Positions 18,936-27,876 of a stretch of DNA of 59,229 nucleotides are shown one piece after another. The notes below the pieces were generated by a model that saw only the letters and a list, made by a program, of their open reading frames with translations, was not told the origin of the DNA and ran no database searches. This DNA is from an uncultured Planctomycetales bacterium. GTDB lineage: Bacteria > Omnitrophota > Gorgyraeia > Gygaellales > Profunditerraquicolaceae. The translations under genes were made by a program, and so were the position numbers. The stretch's first letter is position 1, and every line of letters starts with the position of its first letter. Location of the stretch: assembly GCA_964488935.1 (NCBI GenBank), contig CAZAVF010000002.1:1-59229 (forward strand), in the 5' to 3' direction.

Positions 18936-21067
18936 CAATATCGGGCAGAACTTCGGAAAACGGCGGTGTCCGCGCAGCGGTAAAGCCGGCAAAAGTATTT
19001 TCCGCCTCAAGCGGGCGGGCCGTCTGTATCGCGCTTTTTTTGTCCCTCTGCTGCTGCGGATACGTGTTCCGGTCGGCGGAATCACCGGCGAAGGCGTTTT
19101 ACTCCGCACAGTGGCGGATATTGACGGATTCCGGCTGGGCCGCGGCTTCCGGCGGTCAGGCCGAACTGTACAGCGGGACGAAAAGTTTTCCGGTAAAGCT
19201 GCGCTATTTATTGAAGAAAACAGATCTTTGGCAATGGCCGGAAATAACGTTCTCTCTGGATCTCCCGGAGGCGGCGGATCTAAGCGGTTTCTCATGGCTC
19301 AAGGTCCGCCTGAGGGGTCCGGCAAAAGAAGAGATGTACATCGTCGTGACGGTCGAGGATAAGAACACCGGGGCGTTGAAGCCGTGCATATGCCGGATCC
19401 GCACGGCCGGTTATCCTATAGATTACAAACTGCCTTTTTCCGCGTTTGTTGTCGCTCCGGACTGGACGGTGCGCAATCCCGGGTATTCCAAGGGCATTGA
19501 ATGGGGAAGAACGCGTTCGATAGGAGTGCATAAAAAGGGGGCGGACGGCGGCAGCGGCAGCCTTTTATGGGAGCGCCTGGCTTTTTACGGCGGAGATTGT
19601 CCTTCGCCTTACGATATAGAAAAAGACAGGAGTTCGCTTCCGCGGCGCTCTTTGATTTCACTGGAACAGCGCGGGAAAAAAGACGCTTACCCCGGCCGCG
19701 TGGAGATATTTCCCGGCAAAGGGAACAGCAGAACAGTGGGCAGGTATTTATACGGAGTGAACCTGGCCAGCTGGCTGGATCTTCCGGACGAGGAACAGGT
19801 CAGGCTTTTGAGACCGTCGTTACTGCGCCTGGGAGGCCCTTTCCTTGACCGTTATTCCTGGCGCAGCGGCAGTTATACTTTCCCCGGATCCGAGTTCCCG
19901 GTACGGATGTTCGGGCTGGACAGGTTCGTGCGGTTCTGCCGTTCCGTGGGGAGCGAACCGTTGATCCAGGTAAATGCCCTGGGGTTAAGCGGCGAAGCCG
20001 GGGACGGCAGCGATGCGGATAAAGAGGCCGCGGAGATGGTGCGGTATTTGAACGGCGGACCGGGCCGCGGCGTACAGTTCTTCGAGATAGGGAACGAGCC
20101 GTTCATCTGGCACCTGACGCACCGCGACCTGCATCCGCGGCCCTGCTCCGCGGAGGAATATACTCTCCGTTTCGGGAAGATAGCCGGGGCCATGCGCCGC
20201 GCCCAGCGTGGATTGCGAAACGGACGGGACATCAGGATATTCGCCCCGGCGATCTCCACATCCTGGCAGGGATGGCGTGATTGTCTGGGCGGAGAGAAGA
20301 GCGCCGTGGAGAAATTCCTTGCCGGCTGCGCTTCTCTGAAGGACGGAACCGACGGCAGGCCTTTGCTGGACGTTTTGAGCTTCCATCTGTTCGATTGCTT
20401 TTCCTCCGCAGGGAACCCGGATGTGCAGCACGGTAATGCGGCCCTGCTTGACGCTACCGCCGTATGGTGGAAAGAAGATTACGTCAACAGCTACGACAAG
20501 GCGTTTGCCGCAGGGGACAGGCCGGCGGTATTGCCGCGTTTCAGGAAATGGATGTCCGGCTGCAGGCCGGGGCTCGAGCTGGCGGTGACGGAGTTCAATA
20601 TCGAATCCGAATCAATGGTAAATTACGATATGATCTGGAAGGTGCTGTATTTAAGCGACCTCTACGGCATTCTCGCGGAGGAAGGCGTCGATTACGCCGC
20701 GCAATTCTGTCTGAACTCGTCCGACCAGAACATAGCGATGCTGGACGATACCGGGAAAAAGACAGCCCTGTATCATCCGTTCCGGATGTATTCCAATTAT
20801 TTTTCCGGGGTGTTGCTGGATAAGAAAGTCATCCCTTCGGACTGGGTGAGCGTATATGCTTCCCGCCCGGGCCGGGATTATACGATCATGGCGGTCAACA
20901 AGGCAAACGAGGCCCGGGATACGGAGTTCCTGGTCGGAAAAGATGACGGGAGCCGCATAGTATTTCACCGCAGGCTGCCCGCTTTGAGCTTAAGCTGCAT
21001 CAGGTTGAAAGGCCCCGCTTACAAGGAAGCGGAAGTATGGGAATATGGCAGAGAACAGATCAATTGA
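18932..21067 (+). CDS. Membrane-anchored protein with N-terminal carbohydrate-binding-like domain and clan GH-A-like glycoside hydrolase domain
   Basis: Hydrophobic anchor AVCIALFLSLCCCGYVF. FFEIGNEPFIW (acid/base-type NEP motif) and LAVTEFNIES (nucleophile-type motif) are spaced about 180 aa apart, as in (beta/alpha)8 clan GH-A enzymes. Confidence 0.6.
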   Translation: MTISGRTSENGGVRAAVKPAKVFSASSGRAVCIALFLSLCCCGYVFRSAESPAKAFYSAQWRILTDSGWAAASGGQAELYSGTKSFPVKLRYLLKKTDLWQWPEITFSLDLPEAADLSGFSWLKVRLRGPAKEEMYIVVTVEDKNTGALKPCICRIRTAGYPIDYKLPFSAFVVAPDWTVRNPGYSKGIEWGRTRSIGVHKKGADGGSGSLLWERLAFYGGDCPSPYDIEKDRSSLPRRSLISLEQRGKKDAYPGRVEIFPGKGNSRTVGRYLYGVNLASWLDLPDEEQVRLLRPSLLRLGGPFLDRYSWRSGSYTFPGSEFPVRMFGLDRFVRFCRSVGSEPLIQVNALGLSGEAGDGSDADKEAAEMVRYLNGGPGRGVQFFEIGNEPFIWHLTHRDLHPRPCSAEEYTLRFGKIAGAMRRAQRGLRNGRDIRIFAPAISTSWQGWRDCLGGEKSAVEKFLAGCASLKDGTDGRPLLDVLSFHLFDCFSSAGNPDVQHGNAALLDATAVWWKEDYVNSYDKAFAAGDRPAVLPRFRKWMSGCRPGLELAVTEFNIESESMVNYDMIWKVLYLSDLYGILAEEGVDYAAQFCLNSSDQNIAMLDDTGKKTALYHPFRMYSNYFSGVLLDKKVIPSDWVSVYASRPGRDYTIMAVNKANEARDTEFLVGKDDGSRIVFHRRLPALSLSCIRLKGPAYKEAEVWEYGREQIN

Positions 21068-22949
21068 CATATCGGTGGTGATCCCCACCTATAACCGTAA
21101 ACACCTGCTGGCGGATTGTCTTGATTCGCTGCTGCGCCAGGGACTGCCTGGAAGGGCCTTCGAAATAATCGTGGTGGATGACGGTTCCTCGGACGGCACG
21201 GATGTTCTCGCCGGAGAAGCCGGCAGGAGAGAGGGCAATGTCCGGTATATAAGGCAGGAGCGCCGCGGTCCGGCCGCGGCCAGGAATAACGGAGCAGCGC
21301 ATTGCGGCGGCAGGATAGTCGCCTTCATAGACGACGATTGCCGCGCCTGCCCGGGCTGGCTTCAGGGTATGCTGGATGCCCACCGGCTGCATCCTGATGC
21401 GGCGGCCGTGGGCGGATATACTCTGCCGGATCCGGAAGGCGACGCCGCGCAGGAAGTAAGCCAGTTCCTGAGCAACAGCAGCATCGAGATCGACTGCGGC
21501 GGAGGCCGGGAGCCGATATTCTTCCCTACCTGCAACGTCTCCCTGAAGAAAGACGTCCTCTCGCGCTGCAAGTTCGATCCTTCTTTCCCTTTCCCCGCCG
21601 GAGAAGACCTGGAATTCTTCTGGAGGCTGCATAAGCAGGGGGCGGGACTGGTTTTCGATCCGGAGATCAGGGTTACTCACCGCCGCCTCCCGGGCACGGC
21701 GGCCTTCTGCAGGCAGGCGTATCTTTACGGCAGGGGCAATCTGTTGGTGCAGCGCATTCACCGCGACCACGTGCTGCTTAAGGAGTTGAAGACCGGACGG
21801 TTCGGCTTCTGGGCCGGCACACTGGTCAACATTGCCGGGATACCCCGGTTCGCTTACTGTCTCTACAGGCTCTTCATGCGTTCCAGAGGGAGATCTTACG
21901 GACTGTTGAAAAAAGCCGGCGTGTTCTTTTATTTCTGCCTGCATAAGACGGCGTACATCCTCGGCAATATGGCGGAATTCCGCAGCCGGCGCAGACTTCC
22001 TTTCACCGCTCCGCAGCTTTTAATACTGGACGTCACGCATAAATGCAATCTGCATTGCCGTATCTGCGATATCTGGAAGAACGCGGGACGGGAAAAAGAC
22101 ATCCCCGGAAGGTACGTCAGGAAGCTGCTGAAAGAAGCGGCGTCGCTGGGCATAAAAGAGGTGACCTTTTCCGGCGGGGAAGCCATGCTGCGCAGCGACA
22201 TCCTGGATCTTCTGGCATATGCCCGGGGCCAGGGGCTTAAAGGAGTAGGGCTGCTTTCCAACGGGATCGCCGTGCGGAAGAACCTCGGGAAGATAGAGCC
22301 GTTCCTGCGCGACGGGACGGCGGTCCCTGTCCTGTCCCTGGATTCCCTGCGCCCGGAACTGCATAATTACGTGAGGGCCGACGGGCGGGCCTGGGAGAAT
22401 TCGATCGAAACGCTCAAGTCCCTGGGCGCTTTAAGGAAACAGGCCCCGGAGGTTAAGTTCAGCCTGATCAGCATCGTTTTCGAGCGTAACCTTGAGGAGC
22501 TCGAAGACCTCTATGTTTTCGCGCGCGAACTGGGCGCGTGTAATATCCAGTACCAGCCGCTGCTGGCAAATAATTTGAGGATGTCGGAGAGAAAGAACGC
22601 GGAGTTATGGGTGAAACCGGGGAGTTTCGACAGGCTGGAAAGCGCGGTCGAGAGACTCGCCGCGCGCGGGCGCTCGGACGGCGGGTTCCTGCGGAATTCC
22701 GGGGAAAATCTCAGGCTGTTCAGAAAATATTTTGCCGGTGAGCTGGTCCCCGGCGATTGCGCGTGTTCTTCCGCCGGCAGGACCGTTCTTATCGCCAACG
22801 ACGGGCATTGCCGGACCTGTTTTTCCGCTTACGGGGATATCCGCCGGCAGAGCCTTGAGGATATCCTTGCCGGGCCGCGGATCATCGAGGCCAGGGGGAG
22901 CGTGCGTAAATGCCCCTGGCCGTGCCTGCTGCCCTGTTTTTGCGATTGA
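21045..22949 (+). CDS. Fusion protein: GT2 glycosyltransferase (N) - hydrophobic linker - radical SAM domain with C-terminal Cys cluster (C)
   Basis: N-terminal ISVVIPTYNRKHLLADCLDSLL....IIVVDDGSSDGT (GT2). From about aa 320, LDVTHKCNLHCRICD (CxxxCxxC) and FSGGEAMLRSDI. The C-terminus has ...CRTCF...CPWPCLLPCFCD. Confidence 0.85.
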   Translation: MAENRSIDISVVIPTYNRKHLLADCLDSLLRQGLPGRAFEIIVVDDGSSDGTDVLAGEAGRREGNVRYIRQERRGPAAARNNGAAHCGGRIVAFIDDDCRACPGWLQGMLDAHRLHPDAAAVGGYTLPDPEGDAAQEVSQFLSNSSIEIDCGGGREPIFFPTCNVSLKKDVLSRCKFDPSFPFPAGEDLEFFWRLHKQGAGLVFDPEIRVTHRRLPGTAAFCRQAYLYGRGNLLVQRIHRDHVLLKELKTGRFGFWAGTLVNIAGIPRFAYCLYRLFMRSRGRSYGLLKKAGVFFYFCLHKTAYILGNMAEFRSRRRLPFTAPQLLILDVTHKCNLHCRICDIWKNAGREKDIPGRYVRKLLKEAASLGIKEVTFSGGEAMLRSDILDLLAYARGQGLKGVGLLSNGIAVRKNLGKIEPFLRDGTAVPVLSLDSLRPELHNYVRADGRAWENSIETLKSLGALRKQAPEVKFSLISIVFERNLEELEDLYVFARELGACNIQYQPLLANNLRMSERKNAELWVKPGSFDRLESAVERLAARGRSDGGFLRNSGENLRLFRKYFAGELVPGDCACSSAGRTVLIANDGHCRTCFSAYGDIRRQSLEDILAGPRIIEARGSVRKCPWPCLLPCFCD

Positions 22950-23007
22950 ACGCGCCGGAAAGTTGACAAACTCCGACGGCAGCGGATAATATTATAGGGA
23001 ACTTATC

Positions 23008-24372
23008 ATGAGAATAGCTTTGGTCATGCCGCCGCTTTACGGCGTGGATATGCCCCCTTTAGGTATCGCTTACGTGGCGGGGCGCCTGATGCGGGACGGG
23101 CATGAAGTCCGCGTGTTCTGCCTGAACTCCGAGCTTTTTCATCATAACCCGGATAAGCGGTATCTCTGGGACTGGGACAGTTCCGACGAATGGCGGTCTC
23201 TGGAAAGGGTGGGCGCGCATTTCGATCTCCCGGCGCTTTTGCGGGAATGGACCGGCAGGATATCAGCTTTTGCCCCGGGGATGGTGGGATTCAGCGTGAA
23301 CAGTCATTCTTTGCCGCTTGCCGGGGCGCTCGCGGGGAGTATCCGCGCGGCCGTGAAAGGCGTCCCTTTGATCTTCGGCGGGCCGATGTGTTCCGAAAGC
23401 GATATCTCAAAGGAGACGCGTCCCTGCGCCGACATATACGTGCGGGGAGAAGGGGAAGAGACGGTTTCGGCGATCGCGGCGGCCGCCGGGTCGGGGGCCG
23501 ACCTGCGGGCCCTGACCCTGCCGGGAACGGTGGTAGACACCGGTTCCGGGCTGCGCGACAACGGGCCGGCCGTAAGGATAGGCGATATAGATTCCATCCC
23601 GATCCCGGCGCTGGAGTTATTCGACCTGGAAAGGTATACCAATAAAGAAGAGATACCGATACTTTTTTCCCGGGGCTGCGACTTTTCCTGCAGGTTTTGC
23701 ACCGATAAGCCTATGTGGGGGAACTACCGGGTGAGGACCCCCGAAAGCATCTTCGCGGAGATGAAAAAGCGTTATGCCTCCTGCGGCAGAAAAAAGTTCA
23801 AGTGCAACGATCTGATGGTCAACGGCTCCCCCGCAGCGCTCGACAGGCTGAGTTCGATGATAGCTTCCTCGGGCAGCGGTTTTTCCTGGGGTGGTATGGC
23901 CAGGGCATCCGAGAAGATGACGGCACGGCAGGCCGCCGGATGGAAGGCCGGCGGGTGCGGGTATCTTACTTACGGCGTGGAGAGCGGGTCCCAGGCGGTA
24001 TTGTCGGACATGGGCAAGCCTTCGAGGAGGGCCCTGTCCGTTTCCTTCTCGGCGGCGCACAAGGCGGGGATCAAGGTCAATACCCTCTGGATGGTAGGCT
24101 ATCCCAGCGAGAGATGGCGGGATTTCTTCCGGACCATGTCTTTCCTGCTGCTCCAGCGCGGCAATATCGACGAATTCGTCAGCGTGAGCTGTTGTTATAT
24201 CCCGAGACTTTCCTGGCTGGGGAGGCACAGCCGGGAACTGGGAATAGATTATGATCCCGGCGGCAACTGGTATAACAGGAAAGGGAATAACGCGGGGTTG
24301 CGCCGCCTGCGCAGAAAGCTCCTGCTTATTTACGCCCGTTTGATCGGGATCTACAGAGGGGGGATATCTTAG
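23008..24372 (+). CDS. B12-binding-domain radical SAM protein (class B rSAM)
   Basis: N-terminus MRIALVMPP...PLGIAYVAG (B12-binding Rossmann-like). rSAM motif FSRGCDFSCRFCTD. Confidence 0.85.
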   Translation: MRIALVMPPLYGVDMPPLGIAYVAGRLMRDGHEVRVFCLNSELFHHNPDKRYLWDWDSSDEWRSLERVGAHFDLPALLREWTGRISAFAPGMVGFSVNSHSLPLAGALAGSIRAAVKGVPLIFGGPMCSESDISKETRPCADIYVRGEGEETVSAIAAAAGSGADLRALTLPGTVVDTGSGLRDNGPAVRIGDIDSIPIPALELFDLERYTNKEEIPILFSRGCDFSCRFCTDKPMWGNYRVRTPESIFAEMKKRYASCGRKKFKCNDLMVNGSPAALDRLSSMIASSGSGFSWGGMARASEKMTARQAAGWKAGGCGYLTYGVESGSQAVLSDMGKPSRRALSVSFSAAHKAGIKVNTLWMVGYPSERWRDFFRTMSFLLLQRGNIDEFVSVSCCYIPRLSWLGRHSRELGIDYDPGGNWYNRKGNNAGLRRLRRKLLLIYARLIGIYRGGIS

Positions 24373-24380
24373 GAGAAAAG

Positions 24381-25442
24381 ATGCGCAAATTCACGGGTTT
24401 TCTACGGCTTGCCGGATTCTGGGCGTCCAGGCGGGTAAATTATCCGTTTATCTGCCCGGAGACGGTGCAGTTTTCTTTGACTTCGCGCTGCAACCTGCGC
24501 TGCAAAATGTGCAGTATCGCCGGGCGGCAGCCGGAGGAGGAGGAACTTTCCACTTCCTGTATAAAAGGGCTGATAGACCAGGCGGCGGCATGGGGTGTAA
24601 AAGAAGTCCTGTTCACGGGAGGAGAGCCTTTCCTGCGGAACGACATCTACGAGCTGTGCTCTCACGCCGGAAGGAACAGGATGAGAAGCATCATAACTAC
24701 CAACGGGACTCTTCTCGACCGGGATTCCTGCCGCAGGCTCGCCGAATGCGGAGCCGGGCACGTTCACTTCTCCCTGGACGGGTTGGAAAGGACGCACGAT
24801 CTTCTCCGCGGCAAAGGAACGTTCGCGTCAGCGGTCAGGGCGTTCGGGATGCTGAACGAGGAGAGGGCCCGCGGCGCGGGTTTTTCCCTCGGCGCGGCCT
24901 TCACGGTAATGGATATCAACGCGGGGGAACTTTGCGATTTTGTCCGCCTCTGCGCGGAACTGGGGATGGACGTGGTCAATTTTCAGCCGTTCACTACCGA
25001 TAACGGGGATTTCAGCGCCGATGATCACGGCCTGCGTTTCTGGCCGGGGCCGGAGAAAATAGCGCTGTTGAGGGAGCAGATCAAGGAGCTTGAGAGGACG
25101 AAACCGGATAGGCCGACGATTTTTCAGGAGCCGTCCCTGCGTCTTCTCCCCGCGTATTACGCCGGCACCCTCGGCCCGCGCGACTGGACCTGCTTCGGGG
25201 GGTTCAAGACGGCATTCGTCTGCTATTCAAAAAGGGAGCCGCTGCTTTATACCTGCCACGGTATTTGCGGCGGCCTGGATAAAATGAAAATGCCGGAAGC
25301 ATGGAAATCTTCCGAGGCATACCGCCTGCGTCTGCATTCCCGTTCCTGTCCCAAGCCCTGTCTGCAGAGCTGCTATTCTCTCTCTGCCGCCTCCAGCCTG
25401 GGGGCGGTACTGAAGAAATGCCTGAAAGGGAGCTGCGCATGA
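24381..25442 (+). CDS. Radical SAM protein with SPASM/twitch-like C-terminal Cys motif (paralog 1)
   Basis: LTSRCNLRCKMCS (CxxxCxxC), FTGGEPFLRNDI, and C-terminal Cys residues (CFGG...CHGICGG...CPKPCLQSC). Confidence 0.85.
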   Translation: MRKFTGFLRLAGFWASRRVNYPFICPETVQFSLTSRCNLRCKMCSIAGRQPEEEELSTSCIKGLIDQAAAWGVKEVLFTGGEPFLRNDIYELCSHAGRNRMRSIITTNGTLLDRDSCRRLAECGAGHVHFSLDGLERTHDLLRGKGTFASAVRAFGMLNEERARGAGFSLGAAFTVMDINAGELCDFVRLCAELGMDVVNFQPFTTDNGDFSADDHGLRFWPGPEKIALLREQIKELERTKPDRPTIFQEPSLRLLPAYYAGTLGPRDWTCFGGFKTAFVCYSKREPLLYTCHGICGGLDKMKMPEAWKSSEAYRLRLHSRSCPKPCLQSCYSLSAASSLGAVLKKCLKGSCA

Positions 25443-26698
25443 ACAAAATCGGATATTCCGTTCTTTTCGAAGAGTTGTTCGGTTTCTACGCGGGCAGGGA
25501 AATAGGCGTTCCCCTGGTGCCGCCGGAACACGTCTATTTCTCTTTGACCAACCGCTGCAACCTGAAATGCAGGATGTGTTCCGTCTCCGGCGGCGGGGAC
25601 TGCGAGATGGGGACCGGAGAAGTCTGCGCGATAATCAGGCAGGTTAAGGATCTGGGGGTGCGCCATCTTATATTGTCGGGGGGCGAAGCCCTGCTGCGCC
25701 GGGACCTTAAGGAAATAGTGTCTTTCTCCGTCTCGTGCGGCATAGAGATGGTGGACGTCATCACGAACGGCACTCTCCTGAATGAAGAGACGGCCGATTT
25801 CTTCGTTAAAGAGGGGTTGAACCATTTGACGGTCTCCCTGGACGGGCTGAGAAAGAACAACGATCATATACGCGGCGAAGGGGTGTTCGACAGGGTGGAG
25901 GCGGCCATGGACATTCTCAACCGCGTTAAAAAGACCCGCGGCAGGCGTAACCCGACCCTGGGGATCAATTTCACGGTAATGGACAGGAATGTGGAGGATA
26001 TGCTTCCCATGCTCGATTTTGCCCGCGGCAAGGAGTGCAATATCGTGGTCTTCCAGCCGGTGCTGTTCGATAACGTCAAAATGCACGTGAAGCAAAAGAG
26101 TCCCCTGTGGCCGTGCGGGGATAAATTGCGTCTGCTGGAGGGGAACCTCAAGAGGCTGCAGGAGTTGAAAAGAGATCCGGGGCATTCCCCCATGATCTAT
26201 ACCTCCGGGCAGGTTTTGTCTTCCATGCCGGCGTACTTTCGCGGCAGGATGCCGGCGGGCAGGATCGGCTGTTACGAGGGGATAAAAAGGATGGTTATAA
26301 CCTCCGGCGGACAGGTCTGGAGCTGTCTTGGCGTATACGGCGACGCGCGCAGGGAAAAGCTGGCGGATATCTGGGTTTCCGCGCCGGCGCGCCGCGTCAG
26401 AAAAAAGGCCAGGCGCTGCCGCAGGCATTGCCTGCAGGATTGCGTGTATTTCCCCTCCTCGGTGGCGGAAGAGGCCCTTAAAGTGGTCGCCGGCGCGCCG
26501 GATGAAGAAAAAGGACTGGCCGCATCCTCTCTGGAAGCGGTCCTGGAGAAGACGGGAACCGCGCTTGCCGCGGCCGACGCCGGATTCCTCGGAAAAATAC
26601 GCGGCAGGAACGCGCTCGGTTCGCTGAAAGCGGAGATCAGGTCTGCCGGGGTGATGCGTGAGAGCGCCGGCGGGAGAGAGGACCGGGTATGCAGATAG
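25439..26698 (+). CDS. Radical SAM protein with SPASM/twitch-like C-terminal Cys motif (paralog 2)
   Basis: LTNRCNLKCRMCS, LSGGEALLRRDL, C-terminal CYEG...WSCLG...CRRHCLQDC. The start was moved to the ATG at 25439 (ATGA overlap with the upstream stop). Confidence 0.85.
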   Translation: MNKIGYSVLFEELFGFYAGREIGVPLVPPEHVYFSLTNRCNLKCRMCSVSGGGDCEMGTGEVCAIIRQVKDLGVRHLILSGGEALLRRDLKEIVSFSVSCGIEMVDVITNGTLLNEETADFFVKEGLNHLTVSLDGLRKNNDHIRGEGVFDRVEAAMDILNRVKKTRGRRNPTLGINFTVMDRNVEDMLPMLDFARGKECNIVVFQPVLFDNVKMHVKQKSPLWPCGDKLRLLEGNLKRLQELKRDPGHSPMIYTSGQVLSSMPAYFRGRMPAGRIGCYEGIKRMVITSGGQVWSCLGVYGDARREKLADIWVSAPARRVRKKARRCRRHCLQDCVYFPSSVAEEALKVVAGAPDEEKGLAASSLEAVLEKTGTALAAADAGFLGKIRGRNALGSLKAEIRSAGVMRESAGGREDRVCR

Positions 26699-27876
26699 AA
26701 GGTAATTGCGTAAAAGAATTCAAACGGGATCTCGCTTATCATTTCTCCGAGGAACTGAACCATCCTTTCTCCAGGCCGAAATGGGTCTATATAAGTTTAA
26801 GCCATAAATGCACATATTCCTGTAAAATGTGCGGAGTGGTGAATATTCTTAAGGGGTACGAACTGCCCGGGGAGACGGTTATGCGGGCGCTTGACGAGAT
26901 AGCGTCCTGGGAATGGGGCAGCACGGTCGTCCTGACCGGCGGCGAGCCGTTCCTGCGCCGGGACATCTTTGATATCATCAACCGCGCCGTTTCGGCCGGG
27001 GTGCACACGGAGGCGGTTTCCAACGGCTCCCTTATAGACGAAAATATGGCTGGGCGCATCGTCTCCAGCGGTTTAAAGAACATAGCGGTCTCGCTGGACG
27101 GGGCGCTTCCCGGGACACACGATTATTTCCGCGGCAAAGGCGCTTTCGATTCCGCTTTGCGCGCGGTAAGGAACCTGGCCGCGGCAAAAAAGAAGCTGGG
27201 ACGCGGTCCGCAGATATCTGTCTGGAGCACGATCATGAAAGAGAATATCCCGGAGTTGTCCCGCATGCCGGCCCTGGCCGTTTCCGCCGGGGCGGAATGT
27301 TTCGTAATGCATCCGGTGATCGTTGCGCAGGACGATATGCAGAACACTTCCGGCAGCGCGCCGTTCTGGCCGGGAGAAAAGGAGATAGATATCCTGCGCG
27401 GACAGATAAGGGCGCTCGCCGCTCCTGAAGGCGGCTGCGGGATCACGGCCTTCCTGCACGACCCCTTTCTCTGGACGGAATATTTCTCCGGGCGGTTGAC
27501 CAGACGGCATTGGAAGTGTAATCCTTTCGTTTTCATCAATATCGGTCCGGACGGGGAGATCAGGAGCTGCGGGGAGTCTTTCGGCAATATAAAGGATGCC
27601 GGTATAACGGCCGCGCTTTTCACCAGGGAGGCGTCGGCGGCCCGGGAAAAGATGAAACAATGCCGCAAACCCTGCCTGCAGACGTGCTGGGCACATCCCG
27701 ACGCCGACACCATCTCCGGGCTTACGGCAAAAATGATCGGGGCCTCCCGTAACGTCCCCGGGCGCGCGGCATTGCTGCGCGAGTGCCTCGCGGAATTAAA
27801 AGAATACAAAAATATCCTGAAGGAAGCGTCCGCAGCCCGCAAAGGCCGCGCAAAAGGAGAAAAATGTTCAAACTGA
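26689..27876 (+). CDS. Radical SAM protein with SPASM/twitch-like C-terminal Cys motif (paralog 3)
   Basis: LSHKCTYSCKMCG, LTGGEPFLRRDI, C-terminal WKCNP...IRSCG...CRKPCLQTC. Confidence 0.85.
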   Translation: MQIEGNCVKEFKRDLAYHFSEELNHPFSRPKWVYISLSHKCTYSCKMCGVVNILKGYELPGETVMRALDEIASWEWGSTVVLTGGEPFLRRDIFDIINRAVSAGVHTEAVSNGSLIDENMAGRIVSSGLKNIAVSLDGALPGTHDYFRGKGAFDSALRAVRNLAAAKKKLGRGPQISVWSTIMKENIPELSRMPALAVSAGAECFVMHPVIVAQDDMQNTSGSAPFWPGEKEIDILRGQIRALAAPEGGCGITAFLHDPFLWTEYFSGRLTRRHWKCNPFVFINIGPDGEIRSCGESFGNIKDAGITAALFTREASAAREKMKQCRKPCLQTCWAHPDADTISGLTAKMIGASRNVPGRAALLRECLAELKEYKNILKEASAARKGRAKGEKCSN

